A DNA stretch of 64,000 bases from contig JAZOQB010000046.1 of NCBI GenBank assembly GCA_045655865.1, positions 27,504-91,503 of the forward strand, in the 5' to 3' direction. The DNA comes from Eubacteriales bacterium (GTDB lineage: Bacteria > Bacillota > Clostridia > Oscillospirales > SIG627). The notes under the pieces are model-generated. The model made no database searches, was not told the DNA's origin, and saw nothing but the letters and a program-made list of their open reading frames with translations. Positions 35,694-44,192 of this stretch are shown here, one piece after another; the first letter of the stretch is position 1; each line of letters begins with the position of its first letter. The position numbers and the translations under genes are program-made.

Positions 35694-37454
35694 TTAATTT
35701 TCCTTGCAGGGCGCCACGATCACGGTTTTTTGATTCTTGTAACTTACAAATCCCGGCTTGGAGCCGTTGGGCTTTTTCACAAATCTTGCCATGGTATAGT
35801 CTACCTCCACGCGATCTGATGTTTGGACCTGAGAATAATAAGCGGCAAGGCCGGCCGCAAATTCCAGATCTTCGTCTGCAAAGGATTGATCCGCCTTCGC
35901 TTTTAAAAGAACGTGGCTTCCGTGATAATTTTTCACATGGAACCACAGGTCCTCCTTATCAGCAAGGGAAGTGGAAACAGTGTCGTTTTGAAAATTGTTC
36001 ATGCCGATAAATACTGTAAAACCGTTTTTGGTTTTCAATTCCCGCGGACGCGCTTTATTCTGCTTATTTTGCGGCTTTTTCAAACCCGTGGTCAATCTTC
36101 GTCCATAGCTCCAGTGAGAAAGTTCCTGACGGATCTGCTCGAGATCGGCGGAAACAGAAGCGGTCTGAAGAGAGGCTAAAACGCTATCTGCATAGTCCAG
36201 CTCTCGTTTTGCAATCTCGATTTGTTCGAGAACTTTCACTTGTGCAGTCTTTTTTTTGCTATATTCCCGATAGTAATATTGTGCATTTTGAGACGGAGTC
36301 ATGGTGTGATCCAAGGGAATCCGCACTTCTTTTGGCTCAGACAAGGAGTAATCCATAGCGATCACTTCCCGATCACCACGGCGAATACGGTAAAGCTCCT
36401 GCATGACCAAATCCCCTTTTCGCTTATCCTCCTCTGCATCCCGAGCTTCCTCTAACTGGATCTGTTGAGCAGAAATTTTCTTTTCTAAACGGTTTTTACA
36501 ATTCTTTAGGATCTGGGCAATATCGTTGTAATGCTGTTTTTGTCGCTCGACTCGATTTCGAAGCAGATAGAAACGTTCAATTGCTTCAGATACTGACGAG
36601 CACGGATGAACGTAAAAGGGCGGAGAAAACTGATCGATCAGGGTAAAGGAAAAGTCCAAGGGGCTCTTCCCTTCTTCATAATCACGTCTGTTTTCATAGA
36701 TCAGACAGGGAGAAAAAAGGCCTTCCTTTACTAAGTTTATCATTTCCGAGAAGGACTTCCAAAGTGCATCAGGAGAAATGTGAGACAAAGGTGCCTCAGG
36801 ATCGTGTGCGGCACGGTAAACGATCTCTCGAGCCGTAAGTTTTCCAAAACCGAAAAATCGCTTTTGAAGAAAAAGATCAGCGCGACAGTCCGGAGCGGCA
36901 TCTTTTATCATTTCCATCCATTGCACCTCTGTGCATTCAATGGGATTGACCCTATCGCCAATGGGCATGGGCTGGTAAGGCATACCTACCATGACGATTC
37001 GGTCAAATTTTGTTGTGATATCATTTTGACGAAAGGCTGCTAAGATCTTATCGGCCTCATCGGTAAAAATGAGATTGGAGCCTCTACCCATCATTTCGCA
37101 GTAGAGATTTTTGCTCTTAAAAAAACCCAATTCATCTCCGCTGTCAAAACAGATGCGAATGATTCGGTCGAAACCCAGTTGCTCTACTGCGCTAATTTTT
37201 GCACGAGAAAGGTGCTTGCGCAAGAGCATACACATCATAGGCGGCGTAGGGGGATTTTCTCTCGGTTCGGATGAGAGAGCGATAAAAGGAGTGGAGGCTG
37301 TGCAGTTAATTACCAATCGGTTTCTCTCTCCCACATGAAAAAGAAGATCCACCTCATCTCGCTCCGGTTGACATACTTTGTCAACTTTCAGTCCGATCAG
37401 GCGCTGGTTCAGTTCTTTTGTAAGAGCAGCTGTCATAAAAGAATCAAAAGGCAT
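35694..37454 (-). CDS. rqcH: Ribosome quality control protein RqcH (NFACT / FbpA family)
   Basis: The ORF track opens at TTG 37466; ATG 37454 follows GGAGAAAAAT. MPFDSFMTAALTKELNQRLIGLKVDKVCQPERDEV is the NFACT-N domain, followed by a coiled coil and a C-terminal NFACT-R region (HVKNYHGSHV). Confidence 0.85.
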   Translation of the reverse strand: MPFDSFMTAALTKELNQRLIGLKVDKVCQPERDEVDLLFHVGERNRLVINCTASTPFIALSSEPRENPPTPPMMCMLLRKHLSRAKISAVEQLGFDRIIRICFDSGDELGFFKSKNLYCEMMGRGSNLIFTDEADKILAAFRQNDITTKFDRIVMVGMPYQPMPIGDRVNPIECTEVQWMEMIKDAAPDCRADLFLQKRFFGFGKLTAREIVYRAAHDPEAPLSHISPDALWKSFSEMINLVKEGLFSPCLIYENRRDYEEGKSPLDFSFTLIDQFSPPFYVHPCSSVSEAIERFYLLRNRVERQKQHYNDIAQILKNCKNRLEKKISAQQIQLEEARDAEEDKRKGDLVMQELYRIRRGDREVIAMDYSLSEPKEVRIPLDHTMTPSQNAQYYYREYSKKKTAQVKVLEQIEIAKRELDYADSVLASLQTASVSADLEQIRQELSHWSYGRRLTTGLKKPQNKQNKARPRELKTKNGFTVFIGMNNFQNDTVSTSLADKEDLWFHVKNYHGSHVLLKAKADQSFADEDLEFAAGLAAYYSQVQTSDRVEVDYTMARFVKKPNGSKPGFVSYKNQKTVIVAPCKEN

Positions 37455-37504
37455 ATTTTTCTCCAAAAAGAGTAAAATGTACTATCAAAACAAGGAGCGA
37501 ACCA

Positions 37505-37771
37505 ATGGGACACATCAGATCGGTATGCACATTGTCAGAGCTTCAAAAGCTGGAAGTGATCAATTTGTGCGATGGTAGTAGAATGGGGACGGTGAGGGAC
37601 ATTGAATTTGATCTCTGCTTAGGAAATATCACCGCAATTCTAGTTCCAAAAAAGCTTTGTCTGGGAGATATCTTTCAAAAAAGCTGTCAAAAGTTATGGC
37701 GTATCCCTTGGTGCCAAATTGAGCGTATCGGCGACGATACTATTTTGGTACGCTTTGATGAGGTAATGTGA
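37505..37771 (+). CDS. YlmC/YmxH-family (PRC-barrel) sporulation protein
   Basis: 88 aa. LSELQKLEVINLCDGSRMGTVRDIEFDL..GNITAILVP. SD AAGGAG. Confidence 0.8.
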   Translation: MGHIRSVCTLSELQKLEVINLCDGSRMGTVRDIEFDLCLGNITAILVPKKLCLGDIFQKSCQKLWRIPWCQIERIGDDTILVRFDEVM

Positions 37772-38931
37772 TGAAACGAACAATTTGCTCAATTTTAACG
37801 GTTATTCTGTTACTGTCGTTTGGAAAGCAGGTCGGTGCGGTCGAAACGGAGATTCCAAGTCTATCCCCGGCCATTGACATTTTAAAAGAAAAATCTCTCT
37901 TACTAAAAGGAAATTTAAGCGGAAGCCGAATTAATTTTTCAACAGTGGATTTTATCCAAGTTTTAGGAAAGGAAGATTTTGGAAGTATCACGATTGAATC
38001 CCTTCCCGCAAAAAGCGTGGGGAGTCTGGTTCTTTTCGGGCTTCCCGTGTCCCAGGGACAGACGATTCTAAAGAAAGAGCTGGGAGAGCTATGCTTTATA
38101 CCTTCGGGACAAGCGGAGGAAGTAACAACGTTCACCTTTTCAACTCCCGGTTCCCAGGTGGAGCATTGTTGCAAAATTTATTATGCCTCTCACGAAAACA
38201 CACCGCCCAAATCAGAAAATATCAATGTAAAGACCTACCGTAATGTAGCAGTGTTTTCTCAAATCAAATGGGAAAGTTCAGGAGACGTTGCCACGGTTCG
38301 TATTCTTGAAGGTTGTCGAAACGGAATTTTAACTCTCAATGAAAAAACAGGTTCATTTACTTATCGGCCAGAAACCAATTTTACCGGAATCGATCGCTTC
38401 CGTTACCAGGTGGTGGATGATTACGGAAATACAAGCCCGGTGATGACGGCAAAAATCAAAGTCAGCAAGGCAGAAAAGAACCTATACTTTTATGATTGTG
38501 CAGAAAATCCCAATCACGCCAATGCGATCTTTGTCTGCGAAAAAGGGCTGATGAATTATACTCTGGACGAAAACGGTCTACCTGTGTTTTCACCGGAGGA
38601 AAAAGTAGATTTCGACTTTTTCCTGAAAGCGGCAACGAGCGCCATGAACATTCAGGATGAGACAAGTTTGGAAAGCATGAAAGCCGAGAAAAGCGATCTT
38701 ACTTTGGAAACCGCGGCGTCAATTCTGTGCCAGATTCTCAAACAGGAGGATCGGTTTGGCCTTCCGGTCATTAATATGACAGATCATAAAAAACTTTCCG
38801 CCGTAGAGACCTTGGAACATTTAGGGATCTTAGGCCGCAGCGAAGACAAAATCTTTAACCAAAGTTTAAACAAAAGCGACTGCGCTGCTTTACTTTCGGG
38901 TATGGTTCAATTTCGGGACAAAAATCTTTAA
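37771..38931 (+). CDS. Secreted protein with cadherin/Ig-like repeats and a possible SLH-like C-terminal region
   Basis: Signal peptide MKRTICSILTVILLLSFGKQVGA. FTYRPETNFTGIDRFRYQVVDDYGNTSPV is a typical bacterial cadherin-like repeat motif. The C-terminal FYDCAENPNHANAIFVCEKGLMNY...FSPEEKV loosely fits the SLH pattern. The start overlaps the ylmC stop. Confidence 0.5.
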   Translation: MKRTICSILTVILLLSFGKQVGAVETEIPSLSPAIDILKEKSLLLKGNLSGSRINFSTVDFIQVLGKEDFGSITIESLPAKSVGSLVLFGLPVSQGQTILKKELGELCFIPSGQAEEVTTFTFSTPGSQVEHCCKIYYASHENTPPKSENINVKTYRNVAVFSQIKWESSGDVATVRILEGCRNGILTLNEKTGSFTYRPETNFTGIDRFRYQVVDDYGNTSPVMTAKIKVSKAEKNLYFYDCAENPNHANAIFVCEKGLMNYTLDENGLPVFSPEEKVDFDFFLKAATSAMNIQDETSLESMKAEKSDLTLETAASILCQILKQEDRFGLPVINMTDHKKLSAVETLEHLGILGRSEDKIFNQSLNKSDCAALLSGMVQFRDKNL

Positions 38932-39599
38932 GAAAGCTCTTTGGCAAAATTGCGGAACATTGAAAGGTTGTAAACATTCACGGCTGCCTGATCATTCAAA
39001 TCCATTTCCGCAAGAGGAGATGCGTGTTTGAGGCACAGGACCGTATCTGCCGGCAAAGAAGAGAATCCCTCCCGAGCGTAAAGCGAGGTATCACCCAAGC
39101 GAATGCCGTAGGAGTTTACGGCGGAAGGTGGCAACTCTTCAAAAACTGCATAAAGATTAACCAGGGCACCACTATCCTGCAAACTATCAAAAAAAGCGGG
39201 ATCAAGAAGCAAAAAGCAGCAGTCACCGGCTAAGATCTCATCGACATAGCTTTGTTTTTTTTCCGCAAACTGAAGTTGTTCCCGGTAGCTGAGCTGACTG
39301 ATATCAGAATTTATAGAAATGGTCACAAGTGCCGATTTTCTTTTACCGTCACCGTTAAAATCATCCAAACAGGACTCGGTATAAGAGATGATTTTTTCGC
39401 AGTCTTTCTCACCTATTTGAAAAGGGCCAACATAAAGAAGAGAAAGATCCGGATCCGTTTTCATCGCAAACTGAATCATGCAAAAGGTTAAAAAGGAAAG
39501 AATGACAACTCCCAAGAGAATCAACCACTTATAATAGTACCAGAAATTCGCAACCCATTGCCGTGGGGTCATTTTAGGGCAGGGATAGTTTTCTTCCAA
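38928..39599 (-). CDS. Membrane-anchored hypothetical protein
   Basis: 223 aa with one TM helix (WLILLGVVILSFLTFCMIQF). TTG start at 39599, 8 nt after GGAGG; alternative ATG 39572 has no SD. Confidence 0.5.
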   Translation of the reverse strand: MEENYPCPKMTPRQWVANFWYYYKWLILLGVVILSFLTFCMIQFAMKTDPDLSLLYVGPFQIGEKDCEKIISYTESCLDDFNGDGKRKSALVTISINSDISQLSYREQLQFAEKKQSYVDEILAGDCCFLLLDPAFFDSLQDSGALVNLYAVFEELPPSAVNSYGIRLGDTSLYAREGFSSLPADTVLCLKHASPLAEMDLNDQAAVNVYNLSMFRNFAKELS

Positions 39600-39638
39600 A
39601 ATAACGCCTCCACAATCTCTGTGTTTTGATAATATAAG

Positions 39639-39667
39639 ATTATATCAAATTTTATGAAATCACGCAA
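39639..39667 (-). promoter_or_regulatory. Sigma-A-type promoter for the 38928..39599 gene
   Basis: Minus strand: TTGCGT (39667-39662), 17 nt, TATAAT (39644-39639) with an extended TG. Confidence 0.5.
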
Positions 39668-39700
39668 GGGGATTTGCATGAAAAGATATGCGTATGACAA

Positions 39701-39740
39701 AGAAAAAGGGCGGCTCTTGGAATATCAAGAGCTGCCCTTT
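39701..39740 (-). terminator. Terminator of the acyltransferase-ligase-SufCB operon
   Basis: GGGCGGCTCTTG (39708-39719) pairs with CAAGAGCTGCCC (39726-39737). A U-run follows on the minus strand. Confidence 0.7.
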
Positions 39741-39763
39741 TGATAAATGTTCCGGCACGGATC

Positions 39764-40687
39764 TTATGTTTTCAAAAAGCCGGCAATGATCTGTTCTTCG
39801 GCTTCTTTTTCGGAAAGGCCCAGAGTCATCAACTTGATCAGCTGCTCTCCGGCAATCTTTCCTATGGCCGCTTCATGAATGAGCGACGCGTTGATGTTGT
39901 TGGCGCTGACCTGAGGAATGGCCAGGACCGTTCCTTGATCCATGATAATGGCATCACACTCGGTGCGACCGTTACAACGATGATTGCCGTTGACCCGGGA
40001 TAAGAATTCCTGGTGTGAACGGTCCTTTGCTACGGAACGAGATACTACATGTGCCGATGAATTCTCGCCGTCAAGATCCACGGTAAAATCGGTGATGGCG
40101 GTCTGATCTTTTTCAGTAAGGATCTTCTCGCGAATAATCAGGGAAGCTTCGTCACCAACAAAGGCTTTGGTGATCCGTCGAGTAGAATCCACTCCACCGA
40201 TCTGAGCTGTGTCCATCTCAAGCCGCGCACCTTCTTCCAGATGCACAACGGTGGTAGGATTCATTTGATTTTTTCCCTCTCCCTCGCCTTCTGCATAATG
40301 CTTCTCAACATAGCGAACGATAGCGTTTTTTCCCACGTGGAAGGTGTGAATCCCATCGTGCTGTGCAGTATCACACCCTGAGTTGTGAATTCCGCAACCG
40401 GCAATGATGGTTACATCACAATCCTGCCCAATGTAAAAATCGTTATAGACCATATCGTTCAGCCCGGACTGCGTTAAAATGACCGGAATGTGGACCGATT
40501 CATTTTTTGTACCGGGGAGAATGGTAATATCGATTCCAGGCTTATCCTCTTTCGAGGTGATCGTAATGTGCGAAGTGGAATTACGGCCGGCGCTTTGGCC
40601 ATTTTTTCGAATGTTATAGGCGCCGGTTGGGATCTCATGGAGTGTAGCAATCTCAGCCAAAAGATTCTTTTCAATCTGGTCCATCAT
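39764..40687 (-). CDS. SufB/SufD-family (short, ~307 aa) Fe-S assembly scaffold-like protein
   Basis: Start moved to ATG 40687/40684 after AAGGAGGG. Beta-helix-type repeats end in AAIGKIAGEQLIKLMTLGLSEKEAEEQIIAGFL, as in the C-termini of SufB/SufD proteins. Confidence 0.75.
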   Translation of the reverse strand: MMDQIEKNLLAEIATLHEIPTGAYNIRKNGQSAGRNSTSHITITSKEDKPGIDITILPGTKNESVHIPVILTQSGLNDMVYNDFYIGQDCDVTIIAGCGIHNSGCDTAQHDGIHTFHVGKNAIVRYVEKHYAEGEGEGKNQMNPTTVVHLEEGARLEMDTAQIGGVDSTRRITKAFVGDEASLIIREKILTEKDQTAITDFTVDLDGENSSAHVVSRSVAKDRSHQEFLSRVNGNHRCNGRTECDAIIMDQGTVLAIPQVSANNINASLIHEAAIGKIAGEQLIKLMTLGLSEKEAEEQIIAGFLKT

Positions 40688-40695
40688 ATCCCTCC

Positions 40696-41421
40696 TTAAA
40701 CCTTGTCCGTCAGGGCTGAACATACGGAGCTCTGGCCCAAAATTCCAGGTAATATTTCTTCCCGCGTCCCGTATTTGGCAACACGGCCGTCAGCAATCAC
40801 TGCAATCTTATCAGCTATATTTAGAATCCTCTCTTGATGAGAAATGATCAATATGGAACCGTTGATAGAAGAGCGGAGATTTTCAAACACCTGGATCAAG
40901 TTTTGAAAACTCCAAAGATCAATTCCGGCTTCAGGTTCATCAAAGATGGAGAACTTTGTACCACGAGCAATGATCTGCGCGATCTCAATGCGCTTTAACT
41001 CACCGCCGGACAAAGATGCATTCACTTCCCGGTCAATATATTCTCTGGCGCAAAGGCCCACTCGGGATAGATATTCACATGCTTGACTGACTCCCAGCTC
41101 CTTCCCTGCTGCCAGGCAGATCAGATCCATCACGGTCAGTCCCTTAAACCGCACCGGTTGCTGGAAAGCAAAACTGACGCCACGAGCGGCACGCTCGGTA
41201 ATGGAAAGATCGGTGATGTCTTCCCCATCCAAAAGAATCCGACCGGATGTGGGACGCTCGATGCCGGCAATGATTCGGGCTAGGGTAGATTTTCCCCCGC
41301 CGTTGGGGCCGGTCAAGGCGGTAAAACCGTCTCCGATGGTCAAACTGACAGAGCGGATAATGTCTTTGGTTTCATTCTCGCCGGACGAAACCTTAAATGA
41401 TATATTTTGTAGTTCTAACAT
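40696..41421 (-). CDS. sufC: SufC-like ABC ATPase
   Basis: GPNGGGKSTL (Walker A), LSGGELKRIEIAQ (signature), IFDEPEAGIDL (Walker B) and ISHQERIL. No TM partner. The start overlaps the ligase stop (ATGTTAG). Confidence 0.8.
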   Translation of the reverse strand: MLELQNISFKVSSGENETKDIIRSVSLTIGDGFTALTGPNGGGKSTLARIIAGIERPTSGRILLDGEDITDLSITERAARGVSFAFQQPVRFKGLTVMDLICLAAGKELGVSQACEYLSRVGLCAREYIDREVNASLSGGELKRIEIAQIIARGTKFSIFDEPEAGIDLWSFQNLIQVFENLRSSINGSILIISHQERILNIADKIAVIADGRVAKYGTREEILPGILGQSSVCSALTDKV

Positions 41422-43142
41422 TGATTCCCCTTATTTGCATCTTTCTTTTGTGCTTCTTCTTTTTCTAAAACCGTATAAGCGACCTTCCCTACCAGAGTTT
41501 TGGGAAGCTCCTTGCGAATCTCGATATCACTAGGGAGAGCATATTTTGCAATATTCTTTCTGCAATGCTCACGAAGAGAATTCAGGACTTTTTCTGTGGG
41601 CTCCACTCCTTCTCGGAGAACCACAAAGGCCTTAACTTTCTGAATTTTAACAGGATCCTTGACCCCAATGACACAACTGATTTGAACTGCCTCGTGGGCC
41701 TCAATAATGTTTTCAAGCTGGGAAGGATACACGTTATAGCCGGAGGTGATGATCATTCTCTTGGCACGCTGGCGGAAGAAAATGAAACCGTTTTCATCCA
41801 TATAGCCCAAATCTCCCGTGTGAAGCCAGGTTCTTCCATCTGCATGCACACGAAGGGTATTGGCATTTTCTTCCGGATGATTTAAATACCCTTTCATAAG
41901 GGTCGGACCTGTAAGACAGATTTCCCCGTCCTGGCCGTAAGGCAATTCCGTTTCCGTTCCAAGCGCACAGATCTTATAGTAAGTATCCGGATATGGCAGT
42001 CCAATGCTCCCCTCTTTTTCGATATGATACGGGGTCAGGCAACTGGCAGTAACGCATTCCGTGGTACCGTAACCCTCACGAATTCGAACGTTGGCATTGT
42101 GATCTTGCAAAAACTGGTCAAACTTCTTCTTCAATTCAATGGAAAGGCTGTCGCCACCGGAGAAAACACCGTTCAGAGAGGAAAGATCCTTTCCGTTTAA
42201 ATAGGTATTGCGCGTTAGAGTTTCATACAAGGTAGGAACTCCGGCAATGAGATTGGGTTTTTCTTTGACGATCAATTCCGCGTATTCCTTGGGAGTAAAG
42301 CGAGGCACCAAAATAGAGGTACCTCCAGCTACCATCATAGTGTGAACACAGACGCCCAGTCCAAATCCGTGAAACATAGGCATAGCGGCTAGCATCTTTT
42401 TGCCACGAATGGAAAGATGTGACATGTGGATGGTTTGCAAAGCCAGAGCATTGAAATTCAAATTGGAAAGAAGGATCGCTTTGGTAACCCCGGTGGTTCC
42501 GCCGGAGAACAAGATAACGGCAGGATCGTCTCCTTCTTTTTCAACAAGGTACTCGCCCTGATACTCTTTCCCAAGACCGATGAAATCATTCCACAAGATG
42601 ACGTTTTCCCTCTCAGGAACAGCAGGAATCTTTCTTCCCTGTGTCATTTTGTAGCCGATCTTCTTTAGCACACCCAAAGCATCTGCTACCGAGGCGATGA
42701 TCAGTTTTTCAATAGCTACGTTCTTTTGTACATTGGCAAATTTGGAATAAAACTGATCCAAGGTCACAACTACATTGCAAGAGGCTTCTTTTAAGTAGAA
42801 TTCGATCTCTCCCTCTGCGGAAAGAGGATGAACCATCGTAGCAATGGCGCCAATGCGATTCAAAGCATATAGAGAAAATACAGTTTGAGGTACGTTCGGC
42901 ATGCAAAGGCACACGTGCTGCCCTTCCTTGATGCCAATGGCTCGAAACGCTCTGGCACAAAGATCGATCGCCTTTGCCAGCTCAGAAAAACTGGTCTTCT
43001 TTCCCATAAAGGAAAGAGCGGTGATCTCAGGGCACTTTGCCGCAGTGTCAAGAACTGCGCGGCTCATGGAACCGGAGGGGTATTTCAAGTGAAAATCAAC
43101 ATCACCATAACTGGACAGCCAAGGTGTTTTTAGTTCCTCCAT
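41415..43142 (-). CDS. AMP-forming acyl-CoA/fatty-acid ligase (ANL superfamily)
   Basis: The ORF track opens at GTG 43148; ATG 43142 lies 6 nt after GGAGAG. FSGGTTGVTKA (A3), EGYGTTE (A5), HTGDLGYMDENGFIFFRQRAKRMI (A7/A8), LPKTLVGKV (A10). Confidence 0.85.
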   Translation of the reverse strand: MEELKTPWLSSYGDVDFHLKYPSGSMSRAVLDTAAKCPEITALSFMGKKTSFSELAKAIDLCARAFRAIGIKEGQHVCLCMPNVPQTVFSLYALNRIGAIATMVHPLSAEGEIEFYLKEASCNVVVTLDQFYSKFANVQKNVAIEKLIIASVADALGVLKKIGYKMTQGRKIPAVPERENVILWNDFIGLGKEYQGEYLVEKEGDDPAVILFSGGTTGVTKAILLSNLNFNALALQTIHMSHLSIRGKKMLAAMPMFHGFGLGVCVHTMMVAGGTSILVPRFTPKEYAELIVKEKPNLIAGVPTLYETLTRNTYLNGKDLSSLNGVFSGGDSLSIELKKKFDQFLQDHNANVRIREGYGTTECVTASCLTPYHIEKEGSIGLPYPDTYYKICALGTETELPYGQDGEICLTGPTLMKGYLNHPEENANTLRVHADGRTWLHTGDLGYMDENGFIFFRQRAKRMIITSGYNVYPSQLENIIEAHEAVQISCVIGVKDPVKIQKVKAFVVLREGVEPTEKVLNSLREHCRKNIAKYALPSDIEIRKELPKTLVGKVAYTVLEKEEAQKKDANKGNQC

Positions 43143-43144
43143 AT

Positions 43145-44041
43145 TCACTCTCCATAATAATCAATAGGATTTGACAGGGGTTCATCTAAGATTTCAGGAT
43201 TTTCTAAAATATATCGCAAAATTTTTACACTGCGTGCAAAATAAAAACCATCCGAAATGCGCTCATCAATGGTAAAGCTCAAGGGGAGCAATTGACGCAT
43301 CTCGTAACTGCCGTCCTCACGGAAAACAGGGTTCCACTTTTTTTCACCAATGATCAGGAAAAAGGAATTGGTGCCCCAGTCGATGAGATGATGGTAGGAA
43401 GCTGTCATTTTGATACTTCCGAGATTGGAAACAAAACAAGTAGAGTGATAGGGATCGATCTTCTCCAGAAAAGACGGCAACCAGCCGTGATATTCCAGCC
43501 AAAAAAGAATCTTTGCAAACACGCGCAAAATAGATCTTGGAATTTTTGTCAAAACTGCCATGACATTTGTAGAGCCGTCAGTTTTATTTTCCTTGCGAAT
43601 ATAATTTACTTCTTTTTTTACTCTGGAATGGACCTGTTCTATGGGCGAGATATCGCTATCTTTATCCATCTTCATAATGACAAGCCCCTCAGCACTGGAA
43701 TCCGAGAAGATGCGCTTGACGGCAAAAGAAAACGAGATGTCATTGCGCTGATAAAGCCTGTGCCCTTGAAGAAAACGGTTCATAGCGGGACGAAGGGTAA
43801 TGGTTTTCGCAAGAGCCGCCAGAACTACGTGAAAGATGGTGTACTTAAACTCCGGATTTCCTTCGTTTTTCTTTTCCAGATAGCGAAGTGTATTGGTAAT
43901 ATCAACGTCATCGTTTAAAACAGCTTCATTATCCGTCCTGCCCAAAAGCAGATACGGCATAAAAGCGTGCATGGGGTCCGCATCCCGAATCCAAACGGCA
44001 TCCTTTCGGTCTCCGCGGCGCTTTTTTGCTGATTTTTCCAT
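43145..44041 (-). CDS. E2/chloramphenicol-acetyltransferase-fold acyltransferase, catalytic domain only (no lipoyl domain), with DHR->DER
   Basis: ORF track 43145..44095, start moved to ATG 44041 (SD GGAAAGGAAG). LPLSFTIDERISDGFYFARSV aligns with the 2-oxoacid dehydrogenase E2 motif LS.DHR.(I/V)DG....F. Confidence 0.6.
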   Translation of the reverse strand: MEKSAKKRRGDRKDAVWIRDADPMHAFMPYLLLGRTDNEAVLNDDVDITNTLRYLEKKNEGNPEFKYTIFHVVLAALAKTITLRPAMNRFLQGHRLYQRNDISFSFAVKRIFSDSSAEGLVIMKMDKDSDISPIEQVHSRVKKEVNYIRKENKTDGSTNVMAVLTKIPRSILRVFAKILFWLEYHGWLPSFLEKIDPYHSTCFVSNLGSIKMTASYHHLIDWGTNSFFLIIGEKKWNPVFREDGSYEMRQLLPLSFTIDERISDGFYFARSVKILRYILENPEILDEPLSNPIDYYGE

Positions 44042-44080
44042 AAAACTTCCTTTCCGAATTGATATAGAACGGAACAATAT

Positions 44081-44109
44081 ACTATACCACGACACGAGAA
44101 AAATGTCAA
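44081..44109 (-). promoter_or_regulatory. Sigma-A-type promoter of the acyltransferase-ligase-SufCB operon
   Basis: Minus strand: TTGACA (44109-44104), 17 nt, TATAGT (44086-44081) with an extended TG. A short GC hairpin plus U-run just upstream terminates the HK gene. Confidence 0.6.
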
Positions 44110-44192
44110 TTGCCGTCGGAAATCAAAAAAATACGCGTCACCGCGCATTTTTTTGTAAAATTCTCATTGCCTTTCACTTGATTTCATATACG

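Noticed and set aside
35641-35946. 101-aa ORF overlapping the 3' end of rqcH in another frame.
   Set aside because: It is an Arg/Gly/Cys-rich translation with no SD, and it sits on a gene whose own frame carries the conserved NFACT-R C-terminus. The 57-nt tsaE-rqcH gap needs no extra gene.
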